Shown piece after piece: positions 10,344 through 19,618 of a stretch of 64,000 nt of DNA; position 1 is the first letter of the stretch; every line of letters starts with the position of its first letter. Under the pieces are notes generated by a model. The model was not told the DNA's origin and made no database searches. It saw only the letters and a program-made list of their open reading frames with translations. This stretch comes from Nemertoderma westbladi. Taxonomy: Eukaryota > Animalia > Xenacoelomorpha. The translations under genes and the position numbers were made by a program. The DNA lies in the NCBI GenBank assembly GCA_032718475.1, contig JAUCBJ010001846.1:496001-560000 (forward strand). Direction: 5' to 3'.

Positions 10344-12110
10344 ATGTGTGGTATTTGCGGTATTTTTCAGTTTGATGGGGCTTTGGATCAAGGGCGTGTT
10401 CACTCAATGTTATCTGTTTTATCAACTCGAGGTCCAGATGGGCAAAATATTTGGTCAGCCAAGCAAATTAGCCTAGGCCATGCACGATTAAAGGTAATTG
10501 ATTTATCAAGCCAGAGCGATCAACCCATGGTGGATGAGTTCACAAAAAACGCCCTAGTTTTTAATGGCGTTATTTTGAATTACAAAGCCTTGCGTCAAGA
10601 ATTAATTGAGCTGGGTTATCAGTTTAATTCAAGCGGAGATGCTGAGGTTATTTTAAAGGCGTATCAGCATTGGGGTGATGATTGTGTGAATCACTTAGAC
10701 GGTGAATTTGCCTTTGCGATTTGGGATGATCAAAAACAATCCCTTTTTTTAGCGCGCGACCCGTTTGGTATTAAACCACTGTATTTTTATCACTCAAAGT
10801 ATCAATTTATTTTTGCCTCCACCCTCCCAGCCTTGCTTAAAGCAGGGGAAATAGATACCACAATTGACCCGATAGGGCTACAATTTCAATTATCCTTTCA
10901 CGGGGTGATTCCACCCCCTACTACTTTACTAAAAAATATTCGAAAATGGCCACAAGCCCATGTGGGTTTTGTTGATCAAACAGGTATTCGGTGGCATCAA
11001 TACCAAGCACTGACCCCGCCTGCTCAATATTTAAGTGGTAGCTCACTAATTGATAAGATTGATGCCACCTTAAAACATGCGGTTGAAAAACGAATAAAGG
11101 CCTGCGATGTTGAACCAGCAGTGCTGCTTTCAGGTGGGATTGATTCAAGCCTGATTGTGGCTTACATGAATGAATTGGGTCAAAAAAACATTCCCACCTT
11201 TTCGATTGGTTTTGAAAGTGATGGAAATGAACAAGGTGATGAATTTGAACGCTCCTGTGCAATTGCAAAATTTTTTAACACATCACATCATCCAATTAAG
11301 CTAGGTAATCACGCTGTACTAGATGCTTTGCCAAATGCAGTGAGAAATATGGCAGAACCTATGACCGGGCAAGATACTGTGGCTTTTTATTTGCTTGCAC
11401 AAACTGTGAGTCAGTCGCATAAGTTGGTGTTAAGTGGGCAGGGGGCAGATGAAGCGTTTGCAGGGTATTTTTGGTACCCGCAGTTTTTTGAAAAAATTGA
11501 TCAATACAAAACACCACAAGATTGCTTCAAAGCAATTTATCTTGATCGCCCAATGGATGAATACCAACAAACTGTCTCTGGGCAATATCAACATTCAAGC
11601 CACTTAAATAACTGGTTGTGTGAACATTTAAAGTCACTTAACCCTGAACATTTTTTAGGGGAGATTTTAAACCTTGATCGACAATTTTTGGTCGTGGATG
11701 ACCCTGTTAAGCGGGTGGATAACATGACCATGGCATTTGGGTTAGAAACGCGTGTACCTTTTATGGATGTAGAGGTAATGAAGTTAGCCAGTAGTTGCTC
11801 ACCAAAGTGGCTGATTCAAAAGGATGGTAAGTACCCCTTAAAAGTTTTGGCTCAAAAATATTTGCCTTCATCGGTTTTAAATAAGCCCAAAGGTTATTTT
11901 CCCATGCCCGCGCTTAAAATTGTCAAAGGTGGGTTTTATGAATATATGAAAGCAATTTTGCTGTCTCAAAAGACACGTCAGCGAGGGCTGTATGACATGA
12001 GGTATGTTCAAAAGCTGCTGGATAAGCCTAACAATTGCATGACAGCTTTAAACGGCAACCGTTTGTGGCACCTAACGGTTATTGAGGCATGGCTTCAAAC
12101 CCACACCTAA
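10344..12110 (+). CDS. Asparagine-synthase-family amidotransferase, N-acetylglutaminylglutamine (NAGGN) type
   Basis: MCGICG Ntn start, RGPD, LLSGGIDSS, SGQGADE, plus subfamily-like DDPVKRVDNMTMA and KGYFPMPALK. Confidence 0.85.
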   Translation: MCGICGIFQFDGALDQGRVHSMLSVLSTRGPDGQNIWSAKQISLGHARLKVIDLSSQSDQPMVDEFTKNALVFNGVILNYKALRQELIELGYQFNSSGDAEVILKAYQHWGDDCVNHLDGEFAFAIWDDQKQSLFLARDPFGIKPLYFYHSKYQFIFASTLPALLKAGEIDTTIDPIGLQFQLSFHGVIPPPTTLLKNIRKWPQAHVGFVDQTGIRWHQYQALTPPAQYLSGSSLIDKIDATLKHAVEKRIKACDVEPAVLLSGGIDSSLIVAYMNELGQKNIPTFSIGFESDGNEQGDEFERSCAIAKFFNTSHHPIKLGNHAVLDALPNAVRNMAEPMTGQDTVAFYLLAQTVSQSHKLVLSGQGADEAFAGYFWYPQFFEKIDQYKTPQDCFKAIYLDRPMDEYQQTVSGQYQHSSHLNNWLCEHLKSLNPEHFLGEILNLDRQFLVVDDPVKRVDNMTMAFGLETRVPFMDVEVMKLASSCSPKWLIQKDGKYPLKVLAQKYLPSSVLNKPKGYFPMPALKIVKGGFYEYMKAILLSQKTRQRGLYDMRYVQKLLDKPNNCMTALNGNRLWHLTVIEAWLQTHT

Positions 12111-12754
12111 ATAACTTGGTGCAATTGAATGCGGTACTCCAAAATAGCGCGATGAACATATTCAGCACGTTTGTGTAATTGTTCGATACCTTGGTTATTA
12201 AAAATGCGTGTGCAGGGGTATGCTGAAAGTTTGCGAAATCGTTTTCGACTAAATGATTGTTGTGCCGTCATCTTTTTGGTTATCTCAAGTGAAAGTTGAT
12301 CGCGCTTTTTTAAACATTTGTGTTGTTGATGGTAGGTCGCCTGTATCACTAAAATGTGTTGTAAGAATCGGGGCATGTAATTGGTTAACCCCAGCAAGGG
12401 TATAATGGCTAAACAATAAGGGGATTTTCGGTTTTCTAGGTAGTGCTGAAATTTTTTGGAAGCAACCTGCCTAATAAGGGGGTGGAGGTATTGTTCAAGT
12501 TTGAGCTTTAGGTGGGGGTTGTTAAAAATTTGTATTCGCAGTTTATTGCGGTTGATTTGACCGCGATCATCCACAAAGGTTTTGCCAAACAATTCAATCA
12601 CCTTTTGAACACCTAGGCTGCCTGGTTTGAGTAGTGCTTTGGAAATTTTGTCATAGTCAATCAAGGGTATTTGGTGGGATTTGTGAAGGTAATTTGAAAA
12701 GGTAGTTTTACCGCACCCAATACCGCCTGTTAGGGCAATTGCTTGTGGTTTCAT
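12107..12754 (-). CDS. coaE: Dephospho-CoA kinase
   Basis: IALTGGIGCGKT, LHPLIR, downstream of pilD. Confidence 0.9.
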   Translation of the reverse strand: MKPQAIALTGGIGCGKTTFSNYLHKSHQIPLIDYDKISKALLKPGSLGVQKVIELFGKTFVDDRGQINRNKLRIQIFNNPHLKLKLEQYLHPLIRQVASKKFQHYLENRKSPYCLAIIPLLGLTNYMPRFLQHILVIQATYHQQHKCLKKRDQLSLEITKKMTAQQSFSRKRFRKLSAYPCTRIFNNQGIEQLHKRAEYVHRAILEYRIQLHQVI

Positions 12755-13566
12755 AAGCTCATTTTAATGATGGCATACCAAGTGCCTAAGCACAAAAAAG
12801 GGCCAAAAGGGAGTTTGGTGCTCAGCAAGGCTTTAAAGCTTTTTTGCTTGAACCACAATATTGGCATGATTAAAAGGGCAGATAACGCGCTGACCCACAA
12901 TATTTCTGGGAGCAGTTGCCACCCAAACCAAGCACCAGTGGCCGCAAAAAGCTTAAAGTCCCCATGGCCAATACCTTGTTGAGCTTTAATCCAGACAAAT
13001 AATTGGTTGGGAATAAAAAGCAGCAGGTAACCAAGTGCTGCCCCTATGATGGCTTGTTCTGGGCTGGTGAAGGTGTTAAAGGCGTTGAGTAGCAACCCTG
13101 TCCACACAAGTAGCAGGGTGATTTCATCGGGTAAAATAAACCATTTGATGTCGATCACGCATAAGGCAATATGACACCATGCTAAAAATATTAATCCTAA
13201 TCCCACAGGTGTAGGGTCAAAATACCAAGCTAGCAGTCCTGTGGCAAGCCCTGTGATGAGCTCAACAAAAAAATAGCGACTCTCAATGGCTTTGTGGCAA
13301 TGTTTACAGCGCCCTTTTAGATACAAAAAGCTGATAAGCGGCAGGTTGTAATACCAAAAAATAGGGTGTTTGCAATGGGGGCAGTGGGACCTAGGGGCGC
13401 ATAAATTAAAAGGTTTTTTCTGGGGGGGGGTTGTTTGGCCAAGCAAGGTGGTGCAAAAGTCATGTTCTTCTTGCTCAATCATTTTGGGTAATCGGTAAAT
13501 AAGCACATTTAAAAATGAACCAACAGCGAGGCCTGTGAGGATTGCTATAATAAAAAATTCTGTCAT
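12751..13566 (-). CDS. pilD: Prepilin peptidase (A24)
   Basis: GSFLNVLIYRLP, RSHCPHC, GRCKHC, GHGDFKL, PFGPFL. Confidence 0.95.
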   Translation of the reverse strand: MTEFFIIAILTGLAVGSFLNVLIYRLPKMIEQEEHDFCTTLLGQTTPPQKKPFNLCAPRSHCPHCKHPIFWYYNLPLISFLYLKGRCKHCHKAIESRYFFVELITGLATGLLAWYFDPTPVGLGLIFLAWCHIALCVIDIKWFILPDEITLLLVWTGLLLNAFNTFTSPEQAIIGAALGYLLLFIPNQLFVWIKAQQGIGHGDFKLFAATGAWFGWQLLPEILWVSALSALLIMPILWFKQKSFKALLSTKLPFGPFLCLGTWYAIIKMSL

Positions 13567-13601
13567 CGAATGTTTGTTTTAAGAAAAGAGTGGATTGATT
13601 A

Positions 13602-14543
13602 ATGAATATTATACTTGCAAATCCTCGTGGTTTTTGTGCGGGGGTTGATCGTGCCATTCAAATTGTTGAAAAAGCGCTTACCTATTTTGATGCGGTGTAT
13701 GTACGCCATGAGATTGTACACAACCGATTTGTGGTTGAAAGTTTAAAAAAACGGGGGGTTATTTTTGTTGAAGATATTGAGCAAGTTCCCAAAGGTAGTT
13801 TGGTGATTTTTAGCGCCCATGGGGTGTCTGAAAATATTGAAACCTTGGCCAAAGCACGTGGGCTTAATATTTTGGATGCCACATGTCCGTTGGTAACAAA
13901 GGTGCATTTAGAGGTGGTGCGTTTTCAAAAAGAAAAACGTCATGTCATTATGATTGGACATCGTGGTCACCCTGAGGTGAAAGGTACATTGGGCCGCTAC
14001 AATACCAAAGGTGGGGGTCAGGTTTATTTGGTGGAATCGGTCAGTGATGTTGAAAAATTAAACATACCCACCAAACAACCACTTGCCTATGTGACACAAA
14101 CCACGCTCTCGGTTGATGATACCAAATGCATTGCCCAAGCCCTTCAAAAAAAGTTTAACAATTTGGCTTGCCCTAAGGCAAAAGATATTTGTTATGCCAC
14201 CCAAAACCGACAAGAAGCAGTGAAAGCTTTATGCTCAATGGTAGATGTGTTGTTGATTGTAGGTTCTAACAATTCATCTAATTCCATGCGTTTAAAAGAA
14301 ATTGGCAGCGCATACCAAGTGCCTTCATATTTAATTGATTCAGTGGTGCAAATTGATCCAAAATGGTTAAAAAATATTAAAACAGTGGGCATTAGCTCAG
14401 GTGCGTCTGCCCCTGAGGTGTTAGTGGAAGAGGTGTTAAAATTTTTACAAGCCAATTATTTGGTCAAGCGTGTTACCAGCCATGTGGTTAGCGAGGAAAA
14501 TATTACCTTTTCACTGCCACCGATGCCTATGCCTTTAGCGTGA
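13602..14543 (+). CDS. ispH: HMBPP reductase
   Basis: NPRGFCAGV, DATCPLV, DICYATQNRQ, NSSNS. Confidence 0.97.
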   Translation: MNIILANPRGFCAGVDRAIQIVEKALTYFDAVYVRHEIVHNRFVVESLKKRGVIFVEDIEQVPKGSLVIFSAHGVSENIETLAKARGLNILDATCPLVTKVHLEVVRFQKEKRHVIMIGHRGHPEVKGTLGRYNTKGGGQVYLVESVSDVEKLNIPTKQPLAYVTQTTLSVDDTKCIAQALQKKFNNLACPKAKDICYATQNRQEAVKALCSMVDVLLIVGSNNSSNSMRLKEIGSAYQVPSYLIDSVVQIDPKWLKNIKTVGISSGASAPEVLVEEVLKFLQANYLVKRVTSHVVSEENITFSLPPMPMPLA

Positions 14544-14613
14544 TAGGTGGTTTGTTTGATTGCTTTGTTTCAATGTATTTGAATTTTCATAAAAGGAAAT
14601 TAGTTATGACGTT

Positions 14614-15498
14614 TTGGTTTATGATATTTGCATCATAGTTTTTAGAGATATAGGAAAAGAGATGCTCGATTTATCTGGTCTAGTTCAGAAAGTTTTACTT
14701 GGAACTATTCCTGCAATTGCTGGCATTACTTTTTTTGTTGTATTTGATCAAAAAGAACTAGACAATCAAAACATTTCGTTTTTACCTGGAAAGCCGCTTA
14801 CAGCCTATAAAACCTTATACCCTATTGATACCAAAGGGGATAATTTAGGTATAAATAAGGATACATTTATGAAAGCTGTGCGTTATTTTTCGGCTAAGCA
14901 GAACGTTTCCCCAAAAGCGATTGCAGATTTAATTTACTTAGGGCAGGCTAACAATATTTCGTTATTGTTAGATAAAGATGAACAAGTAGAGTACCGGACT
15001 CTACTAGACAATACTATTTATGATGAGGTAAGACAGATATCTGAGCATAAAGATAGGCTATTTAATGTTTACAAGGATATTGTCAACGGCATTGGTCACA
15101 CTTTCCAAGGAACAAAGATAGAAGTTATTTTGCATGATACCATAAACCCTCTGTAGTCTGTTGTTGCGATACAAAACCCAATTTCAGGCAGAAAGTTAGG
15201 TGATTCAACCACCAATTTTGGCGTTGAACTGATCAAAGATTATGCAGTTTTGGGTCAGCGAAGTAGTAGCTATATTAGTTACCCTTTAACATTAAAAGAT
15301 GGCAGGAACATTAAGTCCTCAACAATCCCCTTATTTAATGATAAATATGGATTGATTGGTTTTATATGTGTGAATGTCGACATATCAAAACTGGGTGTAC
15401 CAGTTGAAGATAAAGATGGTGAGAATTTTTTGCATCATTTTTCGGCTGCGTTTGAAAATAAAAAAATTCATGAGATCATAGAAAATGCACGTCAATAA
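14614..15498 (+). pseudogene. YheO-like PAS-domain protein with an N-terminal membrane anchor, interrupted by one TAG
   Basis: EVILHDTINPL*SVVAIQNPISGRKLGD reads in frame across TAG 15154-15156 into DGRNIKSSTI..IGFICVNVD. Confidence 0.75.
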
Positions 15499-15512
15499 AA
15501 GATAGGAGGGCA

Positions 15513-15766
15513 TATGAACAACAATTTAGCATATGAGCTAGCAAAACCTTTGCTAATATATTAAAGAAACAAAGGGGTTTTTGGCTTGCGCTTGTATTAA
15601 TGTAGAGACTTGCAATAAAACAGGGGAAGCCTGTGCCATTGTTAGTGGTGTTAATAATCACGAGCAAATGAAGGCGGCCAACATTGTTGCTTTTTCACAA
15701 AAAGCGCAACAGTTAGGGATTAATGTGGGGGATACGGGCCAATCAGCTTTAGATAAAATGCGTTAG
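15513..15766 (+). pseudogene. YunC-like (DUF1805) protein, frameshifted
   Basis: GGAGG RBS, then MNNNLAYELAKPLLI, a frameshift, then GFLACACINVE..AIVSGV..QLGINVGDTGQSAL. Confidence 0.65.
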
Positions 15767-15788
15767 TTGCAAGCTGTAATTCTTTAAT

Positions 15789-15807
15789 TCACCCAAGTCA
15801 CAATACC
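15789..15807 (+). promoter_or_regulatory. 19-bp motif TCACCCAAGTCACAATACC, copy 1 (putative late promoter or activator site)
   Basis: Exact match to 25780-25798. Both copies are intergenic, 23-32 bp before a start codon. Confidence 0.6.
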
Positions 15808-15830
15808 CCTAAATTGCACTATGTTCCACA

Positions 15831-16847
15831 ATGGAATCCATGGACGCAATCATTCTTGAAATTAACACCACAACTGAGGGCAATCTGCCCGAATGGATAG
15901 AGCTACTCCCATCTGATATCACAGGGCGTGATGGCAGAAGTTGGCTTGCCGATCACACACAAGTCTTAAATACTTTTAAACAAAGAAACGTTGATATCCC
16001 CATCGATATTGAGCATGCCAGTCAGCTGAAAGCCCCCAAAGGTGAAGCGGCACCTTCTGTTGGCTGGATCAAGGCGTTAAAAATTGAAAACAACGCTATT
16101 TGGGGACGAGTTGTGTGGAATGACTTGGGTAAAGAACTTGTTGCATCCAAACAATACCGATACCTAAGCCCCGCGATCACCTTTAATAAACAAACAAGAG
16201 TTGTCACAGGTATTCAAACAGTGGGCATTACCAACCAGCCCAATCTGCATTTACAAGCACTAAACAAAGAGCACAAAGAACACCAAGAAGAAAAACAACC
16301 AAATAAGGAGCCAGAAAATATGTCATTTAAAAATATTGCAGTCAGCCTAAACCTTGAGCAAGCGGCTGATGAGTCAACCATCATTCAATCCATTCAACAA
16401 CTTCAAACCAAAGACGTTGATCTGAATCAATATGTCCCAAAGGCCGATCATGAATTGGCTTTAAATAAACAAAAGGAACTCCAAGAAAAACTCAATACAA
16501 TCGAGCAAGACAAGCACAATCAAGCGGTTGAGGTAGCGATTAATCAAGCAATAACAGCGGGTAAAATCGCCCCAGCCAGCAAAGGTTTCTACGAGGATTC
16601 TTGCCAAGATGAAGAAGGTCTTAACCGATTCAAACAACACATTGAAAGCCTGCCCTCAATTAATGAAGGTGGCGCGACTGGATCACAACCTAAAGATCAA
16701 GCCCAAGCACTCAATGCTCAAGAGCAAGAAATCGCTCAAATGATGGGCGTGGATGAAACTGAGCTTCAAGCCTTTAAATCACCCAATCAATCACCCAATC
16801 AATCACCCAGCCAATCTAATAACCAAACACAAACAGGAGTAAAGTAA
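15831..16847 (+). CDS. Mu gpI-like prohead protease/scaffold
   Basis: PEWIELLP, GRDGRSW, IDIEH, APSVGWI, YRYLSP, TNQPNL. Confidence 0.92.
   Translation: MESMDAIILEINTTTEGNLPEWIELLPSDITGRDGRSWLADHTQVLNTFKQRNVDIPIDIEHASQLKAPKGEAAPSVGWIKALKIENNAIWGRVVWNDLGKELVASKQYRYLSPAITFNKQTRVVTGIQTVGITNQPNLHLQALNKEHKEHQEEKQPNKEPENMSFKNIAVSLNLEQAADESTIIQSIQQLQTKDVDLNQYVPKADHELALNKQKELQEKLNTIEQDKHNQAVEVAINQAITAGKIAPASKGFYEDSCQDEEGLNRFKQHIESLPSINEGGATGSQPKDQAQALNAQEQEIAQMMGVDETELQAFKSPNQSPNQSPSQSNNQTQTGVK
16320..16847 (+). CDS. Nested in-frame scaffolding protein (Mu gpZ equivalent)
   Basis: Internal AAGGAG (16305-16310) lies 9 nt before an in-frame ATG at 16320 (MSFKNIAVSL). Confidence 0.65.
   Translation: MSFKNIAVSLNLEQAADESTIIQSIQQLQTKDVDLNQYVPKADHELALNKQKELQEKLNTIEQDKHNQAVEVAINQAITAGKIAPASKGFYEDSCQDEEGLNRFKQHIESLPSINEGGATGSQPKDQAQALNAQEQEIAQMMGVDETELQAFKSPNQSPNQSPSQSNNQTQTGVK
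16779..16814 (+). repeat. 12-bp tandem repeat x3 (SPNQ SPNQ SPSQ) at the protease C-terminus
   Basis: tcacccaatcaa tcacccaatcaa tcacccagccaa. Confidence 0.8.
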
Positions 16848-17758
16848 TGGCCATTATTAAATCAGCAACACTGGATGCCCAACGCACCGTATTTTCAAAA
16901 ATTTACAAAGATGCCTATGAGGCCTCTCAAAAAGAATCAGACCATGAAAAAGTAGCGACCACCGTACCCTCAAGCTCAAAATCCAATACTTATGGCTGGT
17001 TAGGTGCCATGCCTTCTGTGCGTGAATGGACGGGCGATCGTGTACTTAATGACATTAAAGAACACAGCTATGCAATTACCAACAAAGACTGGGAATCAAC
17101 CATTGCAGTCGATCGAAACGATATTGAAGATGATAATTTAGGTGTTTACAAGCCACTGCTTTCATCCATGGGTCAAAGCGCTGCCACCTACGCGGATGAG
17201 TTGGTATTTGCGCTTTTAAAAAGTGGTTTTTCAACCAACTGCTTTGATGGGCAGTTTTTCTTTGATACCGACCATCCCATCTATCCCAACCATGATGGAA
17301 CAGGCACAGCGATTACCATTAGCAATATGCAAGATGGAAGTGCAACCCCTTGGTTTTTGTTAGATACCTCAAAACCTCTAAAGCCACTCATTTTTCAGCA
17401 ACGAAAAAAACCGGTGTTCACCTCAATGGATTCAACAACGGATGAATCCGTTTTTACCAATAAAACCTTTCGTTATGGGGTAGATGCCAGAAGTAATGTG
17501 GGCTTTGGTTTTTGGCAGATGGCGTTTGGCTCAAAGCTTGATTTAACACCTGCTAATTTTGACCAGGCGCGCAGTGCCATGCGATCTATCAAAGCCGATG
17601 GCGGTAAACCTTTAAACATCAAGCCCACACTTTTAGTGGTGCCACCTCAACTTGAATCAGCTGCCCTTCGCCTAATTAAAGCAGAGCGCGACACCTCAGG
17701 CGCCACTAACATTTATCAAAATAGCGTGGATGTGTTAGTGACATCTTGGTTGGCATAA
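16847..17758 (+). CDS. Mu gpT-like major capsid protein
   Basis: SNTYGWLG..P.VREW.GDR, DIEDDNLG, DGQFFFDTDHP, YGVDARSNVGFGFWQMA. Confidence 0.95.
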   Translation: MAIIKSATLDAQRTVFSKIYKDAYEASQKESDHEKVATTVPSSSKSNTYGWLGAMPSVREWTGDRVLNDIKEHSYAITNKDWESTIAVDRNDIEDDNLGVYKPLLSSMGQSAATYADELVFALLKSGFSTNCFDGQFFFDTDHPIYPNHDGTGTAITISNMQDGSATPWFLLDTSKPLKPLIFQQRKKPVFTSMDSTTDESVFTNKTFRYGVDARSNVGFGFWQMAFGSKLDLTPANFDQARSAMRSIKADGGKPLNIKPTLLVVPPQLESAALRLIKAERDTSGATNIYQNSVDVLVTSWLA

Positions 17759-17773
17759 TTTAGGAGATAAAAA

Positions 17774-18121
17774 ATGACAGAAAACGATTTACAAAAACAA
17801 TTAAAGCAACAAGATCAAGATATTAAAGCGCTTCAATCGAAGATCCACAATAAAGATCAAAAGATTGACGAACTTAAAAAGGATATAGCCGAATCTGCTG
17901 ATCAAATAGCTGATTTAAAAAAACAGATTAAAGATTTAACACCCGCACCTGTCAATCAAGATCAAATGATTGTCTGCAAAGTTAAAGCAAGATCAAAAGG
18001 CCAAATCAGACATAGGCTGGGACATGGTTTTAACAGTGAATTAAAAACGGTCAAAATCAAACAAGCCAATCTTTTAAAACTGAAAGCTGATCCAGAGCTG
18101 ATCGTTGAGGTCTTAAAATGA
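17774..18121 (+). CDS. Mu gp35/HI1506-like protein with an N-terminal coiled coil
   Basis: RHRLGHGF..LKADPELIVE, positioned directly after the capsid gene. Confidence 0.6.
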   Translation: MTENDLQKQLKQQDQDIKALQSKIHNKDQKIDELKKDIAESADQIADLKKQIKDLTPAPVNQDQMIVCKVKARSKGQIRHRLGHGFNSELKTVKIKQANLLKLKADPELIVEVLK

Positions 18122-18507
18122 CAAGCTTTGCCACACAACAAGATATAGTCAATCGATACGGCCAAGATGCTTTGCCTATTGATCAATCAGGTGCAATTGA
18201 CACCCAATCGATTGATCAGGCATTATCCGATGCATCAGATGAGATCACAGCGCTTTTAGGCAACTTAGAAGTACCCGCCAATGTGAAACAACTATGTGTG
18301 GATATTGCAATCTACAGGCTTTCAAATGATGCAGGAAGTCTTACCGAAGACAGGCGCAAACGTTACAAAGATGCGGTTGATTTTTTAAAGTATTTGGTGC
18401 CCAGCTCAAGTTCAAACAACAGCGCATCGAGCAGCTTAATTTCTGGCGAACAAATCATACATTCAAGTGCAGCTGATCGTCAATTTACGAGAGACACCTT
18501 GGTATGA
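18118..18507 (+). CDS. Mu gp36 (DUF1320) head-tail connector
   Basis: FATQQDIVNRYG..ALSDASDEI..CVDIAIYRL..RYKDAVDFL. Confidence 0.88.
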   Translation: MTSFATQQDIVNRYGQDALPIDQSGAIDTQSIDQALSDASDEITALLGNLEVPANVKQLCVDIAIYRLSNDAGSLTEDRRKRYKDAVDFLKYLVPSSSSNNSASSSLISGEQIIHSSAADRQFTRDTLV

Positions 18508-18950
18508 GTGCATTGGTTTTTGATATTTCCAAATTATTGCGGTTGAAAGAAAAAATAGCGTTTTTAGATAAAACCGATAAAAAAGCATTGCTTGAATCTG
18601 TCGGTGCTGAGGTTGAAAGCCAAACCCAACATCGCTTGGTGGATGAAAAAGCAGCACCTGACGGAACACCTTGGCCCGCTTGGAGTCAAAAGTATCAAAA
18701 AACGCGAGAGGCGCATCATAACCTTTTGCAATCAGAAGGTGATCTTGCCACAACCATTACCGCCAATCCGCCCACAAACAACTCAATTGAGATAGGCAGT
18801 CATGAGATTTATTCAAATACCCATCAATTCGGTGATGAGAAAAGAGGCATCCCTCAAAGACAGTTTCTAGGCCTAAGCCCCCAAAATATCAGCGACATTC
18901 AGGCATTGATTGAATTATTTTTGCAAAACCATTTACGTAAAATAGGATGA
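18504..18950 (+). CDS. Phage virion morphogenesis protein (Mu gpG-like)
   Basis: APDGTPW, HQFG, IPQRQFLGLS. Confidence 0.88.
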   Translation: MSALVFDISKLLRLKEKIAFLDKTDKKALLESVGAEVESQTQHRLVDEKAAPDGTPWPAWSQKYQKTREAHHNLLQSEGDLATTITANPPTNNSIEIGSHEIYSNTHQFGDEKRGIPQRQFLGLSPQNISDIQALIELFLQNHLRKIG

Positions 18951-19426
18951 GCGCTGTCACACTACAAAACGACATCACACAAGCGCTTTCTAGAACCAGT
19001 GCGGTTTATATTCAAAAATGCCCAGGGCGATTTGACCTAACCGAAGTCATGCAAAGATCTATTAAAACACCTGCTGTTTTTGTGGGCGTTTTGGCAAATG
19101 ATTCGCAAAACCATCACACAACCACCAACATGGCATGCTATGTGCTGACCTTACCAACAAGACAAGATGAATCCAACCAACAAGGCATAGCACTTGTGGA
19201 GCAAGTCCAGCATATTTTACAAAAAGACTTTACAACCAAAACGAACGCACAAAATCTGTATTCAGGCAAATTCAACAACCACAACATCGGGCTTTGGGCC
19301 ATTACCTTTGAGATTAAAGAAGCACTTATGCCCTTGGATGATGCGCAATTTAACCAACTTGATGATTTTGAACATTTCAACCACACAACCAATCAACTAG
19401 CAGGCGAGTTCAGCCTAGGAGAATAA
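18947..19426 (+). CDS. Mu gp37-like tail terminator
   Basis: PGRF..TPAVFV..NLYS..LWAITF, and position in the operon. Confidence 0.6.
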   Translation: MSAVTLQNDITQALSRTSAVYIQKCPGRFDLTEVMQRSIKTPAVFVGVLANDSQNHHTTTNMACYVLTLPTRQDESNQQGIALVEQVQHILQKDFTTKTNAQNLYSGKFNNHNIGLWAITFEIKEALMPLDDAQFNQLDDFEHFNHTTNQLAGEFSLGE

Positions 19427-19615
19427 ATGAAAGAAATTTTTGTAAGACCCAAAAAACATAAGCGTGTTTTAAAACGTAATGGTCAGATCATCCCAAAGAC
19501 AGGCACCACCATCATCGTAAACCCTTATTACAAACGGCTGCTCAATGATGGGGATTTAATTGCCTGCAAAAAACCTAAAACCACACCAACCGAACCTAAA
19601 ACAAATCAGGAGTAA
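19427..19615 (+). CDS. Mu gp38-like (DUF2635) protein
   Basis: IFVRP..G..IP..G..YYKRLLNDGDL, directly before the sheath gene. Confidence 0.8.
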   Translation: MKEIFVRPKKHKRVLKRNGQIIPKTGTTIIVNPYYKRLLNDGDLIACKKPKTTPTEPKTNQE

Positions 19616-19618
19616 TTC

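Noticed and set aside
15766-15775. GTTGCAAGCT at the left junction is the reverse complement of 37843-37852, a possible left end
   Set aside because: Only 10 bp, with no terminal TGTACG, no transposase boxes and no matching 5-bp target duplication. Probably chance.
16779-16814. Tandem repeat as a CRISPR array or regulatory array
   Set aside because: It is an in-frame 12-bp coding repeat with no spacers. No CRISPR array was seen anywhere in the window.
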